Under the pieces are notes generated by a model. The model saw only the letters and a list, made by a program, of their open reading frames with translations, had not been told where the DNA came from and made no database searches. From Octopus vulgaris (taxonomy: Eukaryota): a DNA stretch of 64,000 bases. Shown piece after piece: positions 49,482 through 63,953 of the stretch. Position numbers and translations under genes: made by a program. Position 1 is the stretch's first letter, and each line of letters begins with the position of its first letter. The stretch lies in assembly GCA_951406725.2 (NCBI GenBank), contig OX597835.1:41478001-41542000 (forward strand), given 5' to 3'.

Positions 49482-50272
49482 GTAAGTTGGTTTTTCTTAT
49501 TGATTAGCTCCAAATCAACCAATATTCTGCTAACCTACGATAAAAGGCATTTCTCTTTGTGATGATCAAATTGCTTTTCAGACACAGTGTATCTAAGCTG
49601 TAAGGCTGCTTATAACAGGCTTCTTTCAGTTTCCATGTATTAGATCCACTCGAGCTTTTGATCAGCCCAGGGCTACAGGGCTATAGTATAAAACACTTTC
49701 CAAATGTGGTACACTGTGGGAGTGGACCCAAAACCATGTGGTTGGGAAGCAACACACACATACATACATATACACAGGCACACACACACACACACACATG
49801 CTAACATACATATAAGAGGTTTCCATACAGTTTCCATCTACTAATTGTACTTTCGTCGAAGAGGCCATGTGGTGAGACTGAACCCTAAAACCATGTTGTT
49901 GCCGAGCAAACCTCATAACCACATTGCCCATGCTTGCACCCATTGCACAATAACAAAATCAGGCCAATCCATGCATCCCACTCACACACACACACACTCT
50001 GTCTGCAAGAGAATGAAGGACCATGACAAGCAACAAGAATCTGTAGGTTACATCAAACCTCTATCAACATGGAATGGTGATATCACCCAATATTGCTCTC
50101 TCTTAGATTTTTGCTATCAGTCTTATAGCATTGAAGACTTGGTCTTTGGATTGGCTTTTCCTACATTCTTAGTAATAACTTCTCTTAATTTAGCCTAGCA
50201 CTTCACTTTACTGCAGTTAAAGTTCGGTCTTTTTTTCTCTCTCCCTACTCCATATCAGGATATGATATAGAT

Positions 50273-50293
50273 TAGGGGTTCTCAGTCATTTTT

Positions 50294-50347
<54 letters not shown>

Positions 50348-50846
50348 TCCATGCTGGTGGCACGTAAAAAGCACCCACTACACTCTCGGAGTGGTTGGCA
50401 TTAGGAAGGGCATCCAGCTGTAGAAACTCTGCCAGATCAAGATTGGAGCCTGGTGCAGCCATCTGGTTTGCCAGACCTCAATCAAAATCGTCCAACCCAT
50501 GCTAGCATGGAAAGCGGACGTTAAACAATGATGATGATGATGATGGACCCCTTTGATTAATATTTTATTCTGGTGGACCCTGATAGTTATTTGATATTTA
50601 AAAACCTGTTTTATAGAAACTTCTTTCAAAATGCCTATTTTCATTTTCACACCTTAACTTGTGTAGGTTGGACTGTGCAAAATATTAAAGAAAGGAACCC
50701 AGCTGTTTCTTGCAATACATACCAACAGATACGTCTATAGCAAAATTTTTTCAGGAGCCCTTAACATACCATTGTGGATACCCAATTAACTATTGTGTTT
50801 CATGGACCCCCAAAAGTCTTATATGGACTCCGGTTGAGAACCACTG
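50273..50846. mobile_element. hAT-type MITE with a nested RTE-tail insertion (50343-50543)
   Basis: Termini TAGGGGTTCTCA / TGAGAACCACTG, resembling the CAGTGGTTCTCAA TIR. Confidence 0.55.
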
Positions 50847-51454
50847 GTATAAATGACGATAAAGATTGCGGTGATGTTGGTGTGACGACAAGGTGATGGT
50901 GGTACTGGTGGTGGTGGTGGTGGTGGTGGTACTGGTGGTGGTAATGGCGGTGGTGATACTGGTGGTGATGATGATGGACAATGATACAAATAAGAGATAT
51001 CAATCATGCTGACCAAAGTAAGTATTCCTATGACTAGAACATTCTTGAAGAACTTGGTGGACAATGACAAATACAGATGAATGGCAGCACCAGTATGAAA
51101 GTAGACGTCAGCAAATCAATGTTGTTGTTGTTGAGCAACAAGATGGGTAAGGGTGATTAGGTGATGGTCTAGGGCTTAGGGGCTGGAGACCCCAGACCTT
51201 GGAAAAAAAAAACTTTGGTCGTCTTGTAGTTGAGGGCTCTTCGTTGACACCCAACACCACTGGGAGGTGATCCTTGAAGTCACTGGAAATGGAGATCTCC
51301 AGGTCCAAATTCTTGAACGGCGCAAATCAATGTTGCACATTAGCAGTATAAAAGCAAACAAATTGGCTGGCTGGAATTTTCTGAATTGCTTTTACAGATT
51401 TTGAAGAAATTTAAAGACGGGTAACCTTTAATGTTCTCTCAATCTTTTTTACAG

Positions 51455-51623
51455 GGGAGATGAAATGTGTACGTCTTTTGGCTACAAAGTAGAATACACG
51501 GGTGTTGGAGTGACTGACCTTGTTCCAGACGTGGGCTTCTGTAGTCAGATTGCTGTTTTCAAACGAGAAGAAGGCTTCTTGAGCAAACCAAGCGTAGATC
51601 TTCATCAAGAGGTTTATAAATAT
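51455..51623 (+). CDS. HENMT1: HENMT1 coding exon 4
   Basis: ttttacag|(W)GDEMCTSFGYKVEYTGVG...VGFCSQIAVFKR...VYKY|gtaagt (compare YSVEFTGVG..VGYCTQIGIFRK). Confidence 0.93.
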
Positions 51624-52735
51624 GTAAGTATTCTTGTGTTTTGGGAATATCAAATGTATGTTGTTGTTGTTTAGTCCGAAGTTATTTCTCAAGTAAGGGC
51701 CAATTTCCATGGCATATGGATTCGCCACCTGGATGGAATGTCAGTCCCTCACAGGATTACTCATTTTTCCCAGCTGAGTGAATTGGAGCAACGTGAAATG
51801 AAGGGTTTTTGCTCAAAAACACAACGCGTTGCCCAGTCCAGGAACTGAAACCACAATCCTATAATCCTATAATGAGTCCAACACCCTAACCACCAACCTA
51901 TGTTTTGTTTTGTTCCTTCCCAAGCTATGCCTGGCTCATAAGGGCCGGTTTCCTGGCGTATAGGTTCCCCACTTGGACAGGATGCTGGTCCGTCGCAGGT
52001 GAGATGCAAGAGGAAAGAGTGAGAGAAAGTTGTGGCGAAAGAGTCAGCAGAAGTTCGCCATTACCTTCTGCCGGAGCCGCCTGGAGCTTAGGTATTTCGC
52101 TCATAAACATACACATTGCCCGATCTAAGATTTGAATCCACAATCCCTCGACCACGAGTCCGTTGCTCTAACCACTAGGCCATGTGCCTCCACTTAGTCT
52201 GAAGTTTGCCTTGATTGGGTTGACCTATGATCACAAGTGCTCCAACCATGACCATCTCATCTTATGATTTAGGCAGGCAGGCATACCATACCATCATCAT
52301 TTATCATTCCTTTCTCCATGCTGGTATGGTATGCTATGAACAGCCAAACCAAAGGGCTGTACAGAATGCCAATGTCTTTTTTTGCCATTGTTTCTACTGC
52401 TGGAGACCCTTCCTGGAGACTGCTGTCAACAACCGCTTCACAGAATGCACTGGGTGCTTTTTTCACAGCACCAATAGTGTTGAGATCACCAAATGTCTGC
52501 AAGACACGACCTCACAACTGATTGGAATTTAGTATTGAGGGATGTGAAACTACGATAGGGGGACAGGAGCAGGTGTCTCTTGTTGAAAAGGTGAATACAT
52601 CTGGAAAGAGAGAGAGAGAGATGAGGTCACTGTACAAGGTGAATGTGTGTGTGTGTGTATACAGTAAAGACTTTCCATAAATATGTAAAAGTTAACATAA
52701 AGTGAAGATGTTCTCTATTTTTTGTTTATTCTCAG

Positions 52736-52977
52736 ATCACCAAAATAGATTTTCCGTTTACAACAGAAGAAAGCAAACAGAATATTCTTTCGGAATCGGT
52801 TAAATATTATCTTCGGAAGTATGCCTGCGACTGGAATATTCTCGGTGATCATCCTGAAGAACTGGATGGACGAGGACTGGAAGAAACCAATGACAGCAAC
52901 AGTGTGAAAGTTCCTCTCAGTGAATTAATGTTGTACAGCAGTGTGTGGGAGAACTGCAAAGATCGGAAAGCCTTAGG
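52736..52977 (+). CDS. HENMT1: HENMT1 coding exon 5
   Basis: ttctcag|ITKIDFPFTTEESKQNILSESVKYYL...VKVPLSELMLYSSV...KAL(G)|gtcagt. Open and phase-compatible on both sides. Confidence 0.82.
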
Positions 52978-53099
52978 GTCAGTGTTGCTTTGTTGTTGTT
53001 GCTGTTGTTGTTGTTGCTGTTGTTGCCACCGCCACTGCTTAGCTTCTTGTCAGCTTCCACCCCTCAAAAACTGATGGCCTCTGCCAAAATTTGAAACCA

Positions 53100-53178
53100 T
53101 TATTATTATTAATTCTTCTTCTTCTTATTATTATTATTATTAATTATTATTATTATTTATTATTATTAATTATTATTA

Positions 53179-53227
<49 letters not shown>

Positions 53228-53470
53228 ATTATTAATTATTATCATTATTATTATTAATTATTATCATTATTATTATTATTATTATTATTCAGTAGTATAA
53301 TTTTTATAATGTGCTTTCACTTCACTACCGAGCGCATGTTATGATGCTCTGATGGTTACTGTATTGAAAGTGTTTTGCGTAGGATGTGTGCAGTGCCTAG
53401 TAGTGCAATTTTCTGTATGTTATATATATTAGTATGTCCTGGTGTTTTTGTTATGTATTTGTCTGAATCT
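53100..53470 (-). mobile_element. R4/Dong-like non-LTR retrotransposon 3' end next to a (TAA)n array
   Basis: Minus strand ...IQKIALLGTAHILRKTLSIQ* (stop at 53358-53356), a short 3'UTR, then ~190 bp of (TAA)n. Confidence 0.65.
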
Positions 53471-54174
53471 TCTTCTTCTTCCAATCGGGACTCACGCCTT
53501 TTGCCACAAAGAATAATCTCTAATTCAAGCCTCCTCTAAGCTACTAAGAATGCGTGTGGCAACTTCAAGAGCCACCCACCACACGCGATAGACTGGCGGT
53601 TGCACAGACGTGAAAGCTACGTTGTTATCCTCATTCCGTAAATGGTGGCTTTTAACGGGTGGAGAGCTGAACCATCCTGGGGTACAGAGGATTCACAATC
53701 TAGACTAGGGTCTGAAAGTTTACCACACCATAGTGGGTTACCCCATGGTTCCTCTGCTTTGTGGCAGAAGTAGGAAGAAAGAGTGAGAGAAGTTGTGGTG
53801 AAAGAGTACAGCAGGGTTCACCACCCTCTCCTCCCAGAGTCTCGTGGAGCTTAGGTGTTTTTGCTCAATAAACACTCACAATGCCCAGACCGGGAATCGA
53901 AACCGCGTTCTTACGACCGCGAGTCCACTACCCTAACCACTGGGCCATTGCGCCTCCACTGCTGTTGTTGCTGCTGTTGTTTAGCCACTGCTGTTGTTTC
54001 TTCTTCTTCTTCTTCTTCTGCCATCATCATTATCATCTAAATTGTTGTGTTAAGTATAAAGTGTAGCAATGTTAACAGTCATATTACATTACCTTTAATT
54101 ACATTGTGTTGACTCTCAATTCATTGGAAACAAAATGTTGTCCAAACTGATGAAAGACTGCCTCTCTTTTGCAG

Positions 54175-54388
54175 AGATTTCTTGCTGTCGTCTGGTTACA
54201 CGTTGTCGTCTGATGGCGAAAGTGTTCTGGTGGAGAAGATACAGTTTGAAAGCAACAACTACAGCAGTAGCTCAGATGAAAGTTTGAATGAAGATGACCA
54301 ATACGGTGATGCTGAAGACGATTATTCCAGGAGTTTGCTGATTGGCGGTACTTACAAAGTTCCTTGTATCGAAGAACAATGGGATTAA
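54175..54388 (+). CDS. HENMT1: HENMT1 coding exon 6 (last)
   Basis: ctcttttgcag|(G)DFLLSSGYTL...acidic tract...PCIEEQWD-TAA. Summed CDS is 1320 nt, i.e. 439 aa. Confidence 0.8.
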
Positions 54389-57300
54389 TGGTCACTATTC
54401 AAACATTCATTTGTTATTGAGTTGTTTTTTTTTATTGTTTGTTTTTCACCTGCAATGTGATGGTTTGCTTTTCTCGGAGATCCGGATGATAGATAAGAGT
54501 TTTACCTGAAAGGTGAGAGGTGTGGTACTTGATCAATATTACCTGTTAGTTTCGAGAAGCTGTGATGTGTTGTTTGTAAGAGGTGTTTTAATCAAACATT
54601 TGTAACTCTAATCTGTTGGAGATTAGTCTAAAGTTACTGGTGTCCTATCCAGGGAGAGTGGTTTCACTTCTGATCTACAAAACATTACAATGTTCTGAGC
54701 TAAACATTGTATTTGTGAAGCCTTGTCCTCATAGAGATATTTATTTATCTATTTATTTGATATTTTATTGTGTTTTGTCGCAGTTTGGTGCTGAATTATG
54801 GATAATATTAATAATCAGGGGAGATGAAAGAATTAAGAAAAATGAGAGATAAAAAAACAAAACCAAATATATATCTGCGTTGATATTTTAAATAACAAAG
54901 GAGAAAATATATTTTAATTTTTATCACTATATTTATTTACTAATCTATCAAGCAAGTCATCTATTTATCTTTCTACCTATTTGTCTTCTGATTGTCTTCC
55001 AGTGTCCCTTTGCCTATCTTTTACATATCTTCTAGATCTATATTCCTACATCAATCAATCACTCAATCAATCAATCAATCAGTCAATCAGTCAATCAATG
55101 AATTTGTTTCTTTATCTGCCCAATCATCCATCTGCTTATTTATCACATCCTCCACCACTACCACCACTACTACTACTATTACTACTACTACTATTACTAC
55201 TACTACTACCACCACCACCACCACTAGCAACAGCACTAAAACTACCACGGCTGTCACCACCACCATTATCTGAAGCTCTTGTCTCTTGGAACAATTCAAT
55301 AATTCTTCACAATACCTCATATCAACATATCAACACTGAAATTTTCGGCTGCAACCAGAAAGTTCTTAGTGTGGCTCCACTTCTTGGACATTCTTATTAT
55401 AAACAAATAACTAAAAGAAAATGAAAATATGACTAAAAGCTGGTCATCGCTTCAGAGCCATGTTATATCAGCAATATCATCATCATCATCATTGTTTAAC
55501 TGCCATCCCCCATGCTGGCATGACTCGGATGGTTTTTGACAGGATCTAACTACTCAGAGGGCTTCAATGAGCTCCAGTATCTGCTTTGACATGGTTTCTA
55601 TGGCTGGGTGCCCTTCCTAATGCCAACCACTTTGCAATGTGTACTGGGTGCTTTTGTCATTGGCATACTCGTGTGGTTGCCGATTAGCTCACTAGATATG
55701 ACCCCATAACTGATGGAAGTGCAGTATTGAGGGCAGTGACTTTATGCCAGGAGTTGAGAGGCTAAAGTATGATAGGGGGACACAAAGACACAAACAGGTG
55801 TCTTGCTGAAGAGGGGATACATGGTTGCCCCAGCTGGAGGAAGAGAGAAGACGATGGTGGTGATGAGGTGTTGGGGTATATCCTCAGGATACAATAAATG
55901 GTTAAAAAGAAAATAGGAATAGAATTGAGGATGGCTGGGTGGTATGTGAGCTGGCAGAAACGTTAGCATGCTGGGCGAAATGCTTAGCGGTGTTTTGTCT
56001 GCGCTACGTTCTGAGTTCAAATTCCGCCAAGGTCGACTTTGCCTTTCATCCTTTTGGGGTCGATAAATTAAGTACCAGTTATGCACAGGGGTCGATGTAA
56101 TCGACTTAATCCATTTGTCTGTCCTTGTTTGTCCCCTCTGTGTGTAGCCCCTTGTGGGTAGTAAAGAAATAGGTATGTTTTTAAGAGTGTGAAAGGAGAA
56201 TGATAGATGGTTAGAGATGGGTGAGAGGGGTGAATGCAGTGATCACAGGTGAACATAGTTGGAGATATGGTCAAGGGTGAATCTCAGTTTGGGAGAGAAG
56301 CGAGAAGAAATAGGACTGGGTGAGGAGGAAGGAGGTGATTAGTAAAAAAGTAAAGTAAAGTTACCTTCTAGAATCATGCTGACTCATAAGGGCCAGTTTT
56401 CCAATTTTATGGCATATAAATTTCCCCACCTGGATGAGATGCTGGTCCATCACAGGGTTACTGGTTTTTGCCACCTGAGTGGACTGGAGCAACATGAAGT
56501 GAAGTGTTTTGCTCACACAACGTGTCATCCAGTCCAGGAATTGAAACCACAATCTTACAGTTATGAGTCCAACACCCTATCCATTAAGCTAAGCGCCCCT
56601 ACAAGGTAATAAGTGGAAATACATAAAAGAAGGGGAGAGGGAGAGAGTAATAGTATAAGAAAACTGTAAATGGATGAGAAATTAGGAGATGGTGAGAGAG
56701 AAAGGGATGTGTAGTGAAAGAAGAGAAAAGTGATTTTGGTAGAAATCTTTATTTATACAATGAGAGGGAGGAAGTGAAATTGCTCCAGAAAAATTTTATA
56801 CAAGACAAAGAAATTTTTCACTGAAAATTTTGTTTTTCTTTCTTAGACAGGTTTGGCATATCATTTTCATTTGTGGCATAGAAACTTTCATAAAGCCATG
56901 GACTTGACTACATTACATAAATGTTTTGACATAATTACATCACCAGTCATAGGCAAGTGATGAGGGTTGCTTAACCCTTACCTGCCAATTCTCTGTAAAT
57001 TTACCCATGTTGCATGTTATGGTTGTTGACATTTGATACTTGGTAGAGGGTGAAGGATTATATGTCTGATGATACTAATGCAGTCTGGTGATACTAATGC
57101 AGTCCAATTCAGATATTTAACCCTTTAGCTTTCAGTTTATTCTGTCAAATGTAATACTTATTCATTCACATTGTTTTGAATTTATCTTGCATTAGGCATA
57201 GGAGTGGCTGTGTGGAAAGTAGCTTGCTTACGAACCACATAGTTCTGGGTTCAGTCCCACTGCGTGGCACCTTGGGCAAGTGTCTTCTACTATAGCTTTG

Positions 57301-59266
57301 GGCCGACCAAAGCCTTGTGAGTGGATTTGGCAGATGGAAACTGAAAGAAGCCTGTCATATATATGTATATATATATTTATGTGTGTGTATATGTTTGTGT
57401 GTCTGTGTTTGTCCCCCTAACATCACTTTACAACTGGTGCTGGTGTGTTTACGTCTCTGTAACTTAGCAGTTCGGCAAAAGAGACCGATAGAATAAGTCC
57501 TGGGGTCGATTTTCTCGACTAAAGGCGGTGCTCCAGCATGGCCGCAGTCAAATGACTGAAACAAGTAAAAGAGTATCTTGTAAACTTGAGATTTCAGTGA
57601 TGTCACTGTTTATGTTCTAAATGGCATTGTAGAGTAGGTGTGAGATGTCAGATCTGGCCGATCTGAACCTACAGCAAGTAGAATATTTTGGCCAGATATG
57701 ACCAGTTTAAATGTCAATGGGTTAAGGAAACCGGTCACAGGAGCAGAAAAGCTGTGTCTTTGGGAACTGGAAGGAACCAGATGCATTCAATGGGTCCATG
57801 GTATATTTAGGAAAAATTTCTCTGGTTGATTGGTTATTGTGGACTCAGACCATACTACTACATCCATTGTAATGTGCATCTGCTCCCCACCCTCTGGGCA
57901 ACACACCAAACTTAGCCTCTTTGACTGACAAAATAGATTCCATTCCTACTTTGTCGTTAAGCAATTGGCCAAAGAAAGACTATCCAGCTGCAAAAAATAA
58001 AATAATTACTGTAATAGCAGTGGTGCCCCAGCATGGCCACGGCCTTTGGGCTAAAACATTTTTATGGATTTAAGGAATGAATAGGTAAAAAAATTTACCA
58101 AAAAAATGAATGCATAAAGAAATAAAAATAACAATTAAAAAATATTATTTTTAAGGGGAAAAAATCATTCCTGGATTCAAACAATGTTGGAATTATGGTG
58201 TCATATCAATCCTTACTTGGAATTTATTCCAGTGATATTTTCCTAGTGCTACATCTTTTGCTCATGCCATTAAAATAATTTGACATCGAAGTATTATAAT
58301 GAATTGAAAAATAATCTTGAAGGATTTTTTAAAAAAATTTCCTGAAATTTTACTGAAAATATTTTCTATATGAATTCTTTTGATAGAATGAAGTTTTATA
58401 AATTCCAAATTCTTAAAGATTAAAGACTGACATCATCCAAGCCATATTTTGTTTTCTTACCAACCATGTTTTTCCTGCAGAGATATTCCGGCTGGGTATT
58501 AGGCACCCCATTCCCAATCTCGCCAGCCTTGCAGAGTATAGAAAGACCATGGGTATCATCTCAATTTTCTAGACTAACTTGTTTTAAAAAACAGACACAA
58601 AAGCACCACCAGCCCCTCCTCTTCCCTCTGGTCCCTTTTGAACCTTTATTTTTATCTGCTGACATTGATGTTAAATTGTTTAACATGTTCAGGATGGATA
58701 TTCTTTGCATCAGCTTCACCAACCGTGGGGGGTGGGGCTACTGCCTCTTCTACTCCTGATTTTTGACAAACGGGACAACAAAGATTTAATTCCTTTGCAG
58801 TTCTTCCTGTAGAATATGATCTGAAATAGCGAAATCCTTAAACATTGCTGTATAATGGATAATTATTTAATATCCGAGCAAAGAGAAGAAACAGTTTACC
58901 TAACTTTGTTAAACGGCCACATTCATCCATCCATCGTTTTCACTTCCTGTTCCTGAGAGGGCTGTGAGAACAAAATACTCAGGTACCTCTTCCATGGGGT
59001 CATATCAGAAGCAATCAGTTGCAACATTTCAGCTAGATCACCAAGTGTGAATATCATCCAACTGTATCATTCTTGGTCTCCTGGTGGTTGGCTTGTCTTG
59101 AAGAATTCTTCTTGTAATTCTTTGCTGTAACATTATTATCACATCCTTAACATGAGAGCTGGGATATCTCAAAGGGGAGAAGTAGTGGCTTGACCTGGAG
59201 AGACTCCCTGATCTCTTCAGCGATATGGATCCTGTTGAATAATGTTACCCCAGAGATCCTTTAGAG

Positions 59267-59545
59267 CAGTGGTTCCCGAAGTGGGCAGTATTGCACCCTA
59301 GGAGCAGTGGAAAGATTCAGGGGTTGGGCATTGAAGAAAAGTGGGATAATAAGTGTGGGGGGGGGGGTTAGATATAAAAGCAAACAAAATAATGGGTTAA
59401 CTAGGTTACGTTTTACTTGTGAAATACTGTTGTGTTTAATTTGCTGCAGAAAATGGTCTGTGTCTGTGGTGGTGGGTGGGGTGCAAGGAATGTGGCCTGG
59501 GTGCCAGGGGAAAGGGGTAGCCCGAAAAAGTTTGAAAAATCACTG
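59267..59545. mobile_element. hAT-type MITE
   Basis: Termini CAGTGGTTCCC / AAAAATCACTG with an 8-bp TSD, CTTTAGAG / CTTTAAAG. Confidence 0.7.
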
Positions 59546-61505
59546 CTTTAAAGGAGCTCCATTTACCCTTGCTCTAATAGACTTGTTGTTAAATAGCTAC
59601 ACTTGTCTTCACTTAAATAAGCTTATTGTACAGAAACGTGGCTGAGTGCACCCATAGCACTTTGCTACAAAGGAAGACAGATACATTCATACAATGAATC
59701 AAAAAATATGTGAATTTTCTAAATATCTCAGTATTTTCTAACTTACTACAAAAACTCCCAGGTTATATGTGAAGGTGCATAGCTCAGTGGTTAGAGCATC
59801 AGGCTCGCAATTATGAGGTAGTGAGTTCAAATTCCGGACTGGACTATGTGTTGTGTTCTTGAGCAAGACACTTTATTTCATGTTGCTCCAATTCACTCAG
59901 CTGTAGAAATGAATTGTAACATCACTGGTGCCAAGCTGCATCGGCCCCTTTGCCTTTCCCTTGGATAACATTGGTGGCATGGAGAGAGGAAGCTGGTATG
60001 CATGGTGTCTGCTGGCCTTCCATAAACAACCTTGCCCGGACTTGTGCATTGGAGGAAAACTTTTTAGGTGCAATCCCACGGTCATAACCAAAAAGGGTCT
60101 CATCCCTTTATCATATGTGACACAAGTGGTTTAAAATGTCTGATCTATACATTTGGTCTACGTGCTGGAAATAACAGCCAAATTTCTCTCCAGTTTTGTC
60201 ATACCACTTTAAACAGAAAAGTCAGAATTGGACAATTTAGGTTTTGATATGCACACATGGAATGGTCATGACTGGAAGACCTTTTCATTGAAGGTTTGCT
60301 TAATGAAGACTGACTTTAAGTTAAACAACAACTAATACCACAACATAAGGCTAACAATGCCTCGCAATCAATGCTTACTTTTAAAGTGAAAATGAAGGAA
60401 TAGTTTTTGTTAATATTTGATGATGATAAGGTAGTGAGGTGGCAGAATCGTTAGAACGCCAGACAAAATGCTTAGCCACATTTCGTCCGTCTTAACATTC
60501 TGAGTTCAAATTCCACCGAGGTTGACTTTGTTTTTCATCCTTTCGGGGCCAATAAAATAAGTACCGGTTGAGCACTGGAGTTGATACAATTGACTCACTC
60601 ACCACCCTGAAATTGCTGGCCTTGTGCCAAAATTTGAAACCTATATTTGATGGTGATTTTTTTCAGATTCTTCACCCTTTTGTAACCATATTTTTGTTAA
60701 AATATACTCTCTTTGCTTCAATCAATTTTGGAAATAAAAAAGGAATTTCAAACATGAATTACCATGAAATTTCTTTTCAGAAAGTTCTCATTTATATCAC
60801 TTTATATCACATAGAACCAGGAATGGTCTTAGATGGGTTGATATGGAAACGGTTAACCAATTGCAAAAGGAAACTTCTGGCCCTTTTTCCACTGCTTTAT
60901 CTTAAACCCTTTTGTGAACCATATTTCTTGGGAATACACTGCCTTTGTTTCAACTAATTTTCAAAATTATGAAAAATTTAGTAAAATAAACTTAAGCTGG
61001 TGTTTAGAACATTATTTAATAAAAATTTTTGATGGGAGGTTCTAATATAGATCGCCCCAACCCTTTAACACTCAGATTAACTCCCTCAAATGTAACGCTT
61101 ATTTACTCACATTGTTTTCATTTAATTGTACATTATCTTGTAGCTTCAAGATTTCAATGATGTGATTATCTGTTTTTAGAATGACATTAGAGGCCAGTTT
61201 GAACATGGAATATATAGGCTGAATGTAACTGGTTTAGATGCTAAAGGGTTAAAACGGGCAGTTCGTATCACAGAACCAGGGGTGGTCCCAGGCGGGTTTC
61301 ATATATCAAAAGGGTGAGCAACAACCCTTCTCCAATATTTAGATATTTAACCATTTAGTATTCAAATGACTCAGTAAATGTAATACTTATTTATTTACCT
61401 TCTTTTGAATTGATCATGCACCTTGGGCAAGTGTCTCCTACTATAGCCTCAGGCCAACCAAAGCCTTGTGAGTGGATTTGGTAGACGGAAACTGAAAGAA
61501 GCCTG

Positions 61506-61556
<51 letters not shown>

Positions 61557-63919
61557 TATATGTATATGTGTGTGTTTGTGTGCCTGTGTTTGTATCCCCA
61601 ACATCGCTTGACAACTGATGCTGGTGTGTTTACGTCCCCGTAACTTAGTGGTTCGGCAAAAGAGATCCGATAGAATAAGTACCAGGCTTACAAAGAATAA
61701 GTCTTGGGGTTGATTTGCTCGACTAAAAAGGCAGTGCTCCTGCATGGTCGCAGTCAAATGACTGAAACAAGTAAAAGAATCTTGTAGCTTTGAGATTTTG
61801 ATGATGTGATTGTTTATTTTTAAAATGACATTGTGGGGTAAGTTTGAACATAAGACCATTCGAACATTTTGGCCAGTTTAAATGTTAAGGAGTTAATATG
61901 AAAGATTCATATGAAAATCTTGCAACAATGGGGTCGCACAAATGACAAATAGAAAATTACCTTGTACTTCATATTTAAAAAAAAATTTTTTTATGCACCC
62001 TTTTCAAGCCTAGCCAGGCTTATGGGCCCGGTTCCCCGGTTTCTGTGGCGTATGTGTTCCACCCAGCTGGACGGGACACCAGTCCATTGCAGCGTTACTC
62101 AAGAAAGAGTGAGAGAAAGCTGGGGCAAAAGAGTACAACAGGGGTTGTCACAACCCCCTGCCGGAGCCTTGTGGAGCTTTAGGTGTTTTCGCTCAATAAA
62201 TATACACAATGCCCGGTCTGGGAATCGAAACTGCGATCCTCCGAACGTGAGTCCGCTGTCCTAACCACTGGGCTATTGCGCCTCCTGTACTTCATATTTA
62301 AGGGAAAATTAAAATTCTACAAAATCATTTAAACCTTATTCTTTACAATATATCACCGCCAAACCTAAGAAATATAAAAAATTTAAGTTTAAAACAAAAT
62401 TTCCCTCAGAACATGACAAAGGCTTATGTTACTGACACAGAACTTTTACTCAGAATTTATTTAACTAACATTTGAATTTAATCAAATAATTTAATTTTAT
62501 TGATGTCAGTTATTTCAACTTGCTTTTGTTAAACATTCATTTGCAATGCAGCTTGTGTACATGGACATGTTTGTGTATATAATTTGACCAAGTGTATATT
62601 TATAATGTGCATTTGTATATATTCTATTTTCAGTGAGTGTTATATATATGGTTATATATTACATGCTTGTGTATATAATATGTTGAATGTATGTACATAT
62701 TTCTGTCTAATTTATTTTTTCACAGTGATATAAAATGTGCAATTCTAATTTATAATGTATGTATAATTTCATTGATTATTCAATGTATATATATATGTGT
62801 ATATATATATATATATAATTTATTGAATGTTTATAACTACCATTTCAGTGTAATTGTATTTATTTTTTCCTTCGCTTTGATCTATTGATTATAAATAATA
62901 ATTATTAGATGACTCATAATTTGTATCAATCAATGGCTTGTGTTAATTGACTGTAAGCAATGTATACAGTGTTTAAAGTCTTTCTTTTGTTTCATTTGTA
63001 ATCGCTACATACTAACGATAATTACACTTGAGGTGCAATTGTAAAAGACATCCTGTTTAATTCATCTGTGTTTAAGATTTGCTGATGGCAATCAGTATTT
63101 TTTTTTTTTTGTCACTGATTTTTGTATTAAAGAAAACAACAAAATAAAAATTATATAAAATTGTACAAAATTCAAATTTTGATGAATTAAAATTAATTGA
63201 TATTTTATTAAGATCTCTTCATTGTCTTGCCTTGTTTATTTTATTTCATGTTATTTTATTTTGTTTATTTGCTGAGTCCGGAGGAAGGGGAAGGGCCCAT
63301 GGCCCTTGCAGGTCTTCTCAGACCAGTGAGATTGATGCTGTTGAGGTTCTTTTGAAACTGTTGTAAAGGAAGACTTTCAGTGAAGACACTGGTGCAAAGG
63401 GGATTCCAGTGGGATAATGTTCTGGGGATGAACGATTGGGAATAATGGTTTGTGTGAGGGAAAGTGGAGGAGCTGGAAACACCAAGGATTATGGGAGCTG
63501 GAAGAGATAAGTAAGCTGGGCATTCCTGTGGACTGGTGCAGAGCCCAGCCTACTTTGAGAAGCAGGGGCCATTATTGTAGTAAGAGAAAAGACAGAGAAG
63601 GATGTCTTCTAAAAAGCTTACATCAACCAAATTTTATTTCTACAATCTTAGTTTGAGATTATGATAAAAGACACTTGGATAAGGTCAGTATTGAACATGG
63701 AACAGCATTTTCTTTTTTTATTTGTTTCAGTCATTTGACTGTGACCATGCTGGAGCACCACCTTTAGTCGAGCAAATCGACCCCAGAACTTATTCTCTGT
63801 AAGCCTAGTACTTATTCTATCATTCTCTCTTGCCGAACCGCTAAGTAACGGGGACGTAAACACACCAGCATCGGTTGTCAAGCTATGTTGGGGGAACAAA
63901 CACAGACACACAAACACAT

Positions 63920-63953
<34 letters not shown>

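Noticed and set aside
58440-59260. Non-repetitive block with a short minus-strand frame (…LCCPVCQKSG…)
   Set aside because: Short and stop-interrupted with no recognisable family; it cannot be distinguished from decayed TE or UTR without a search.
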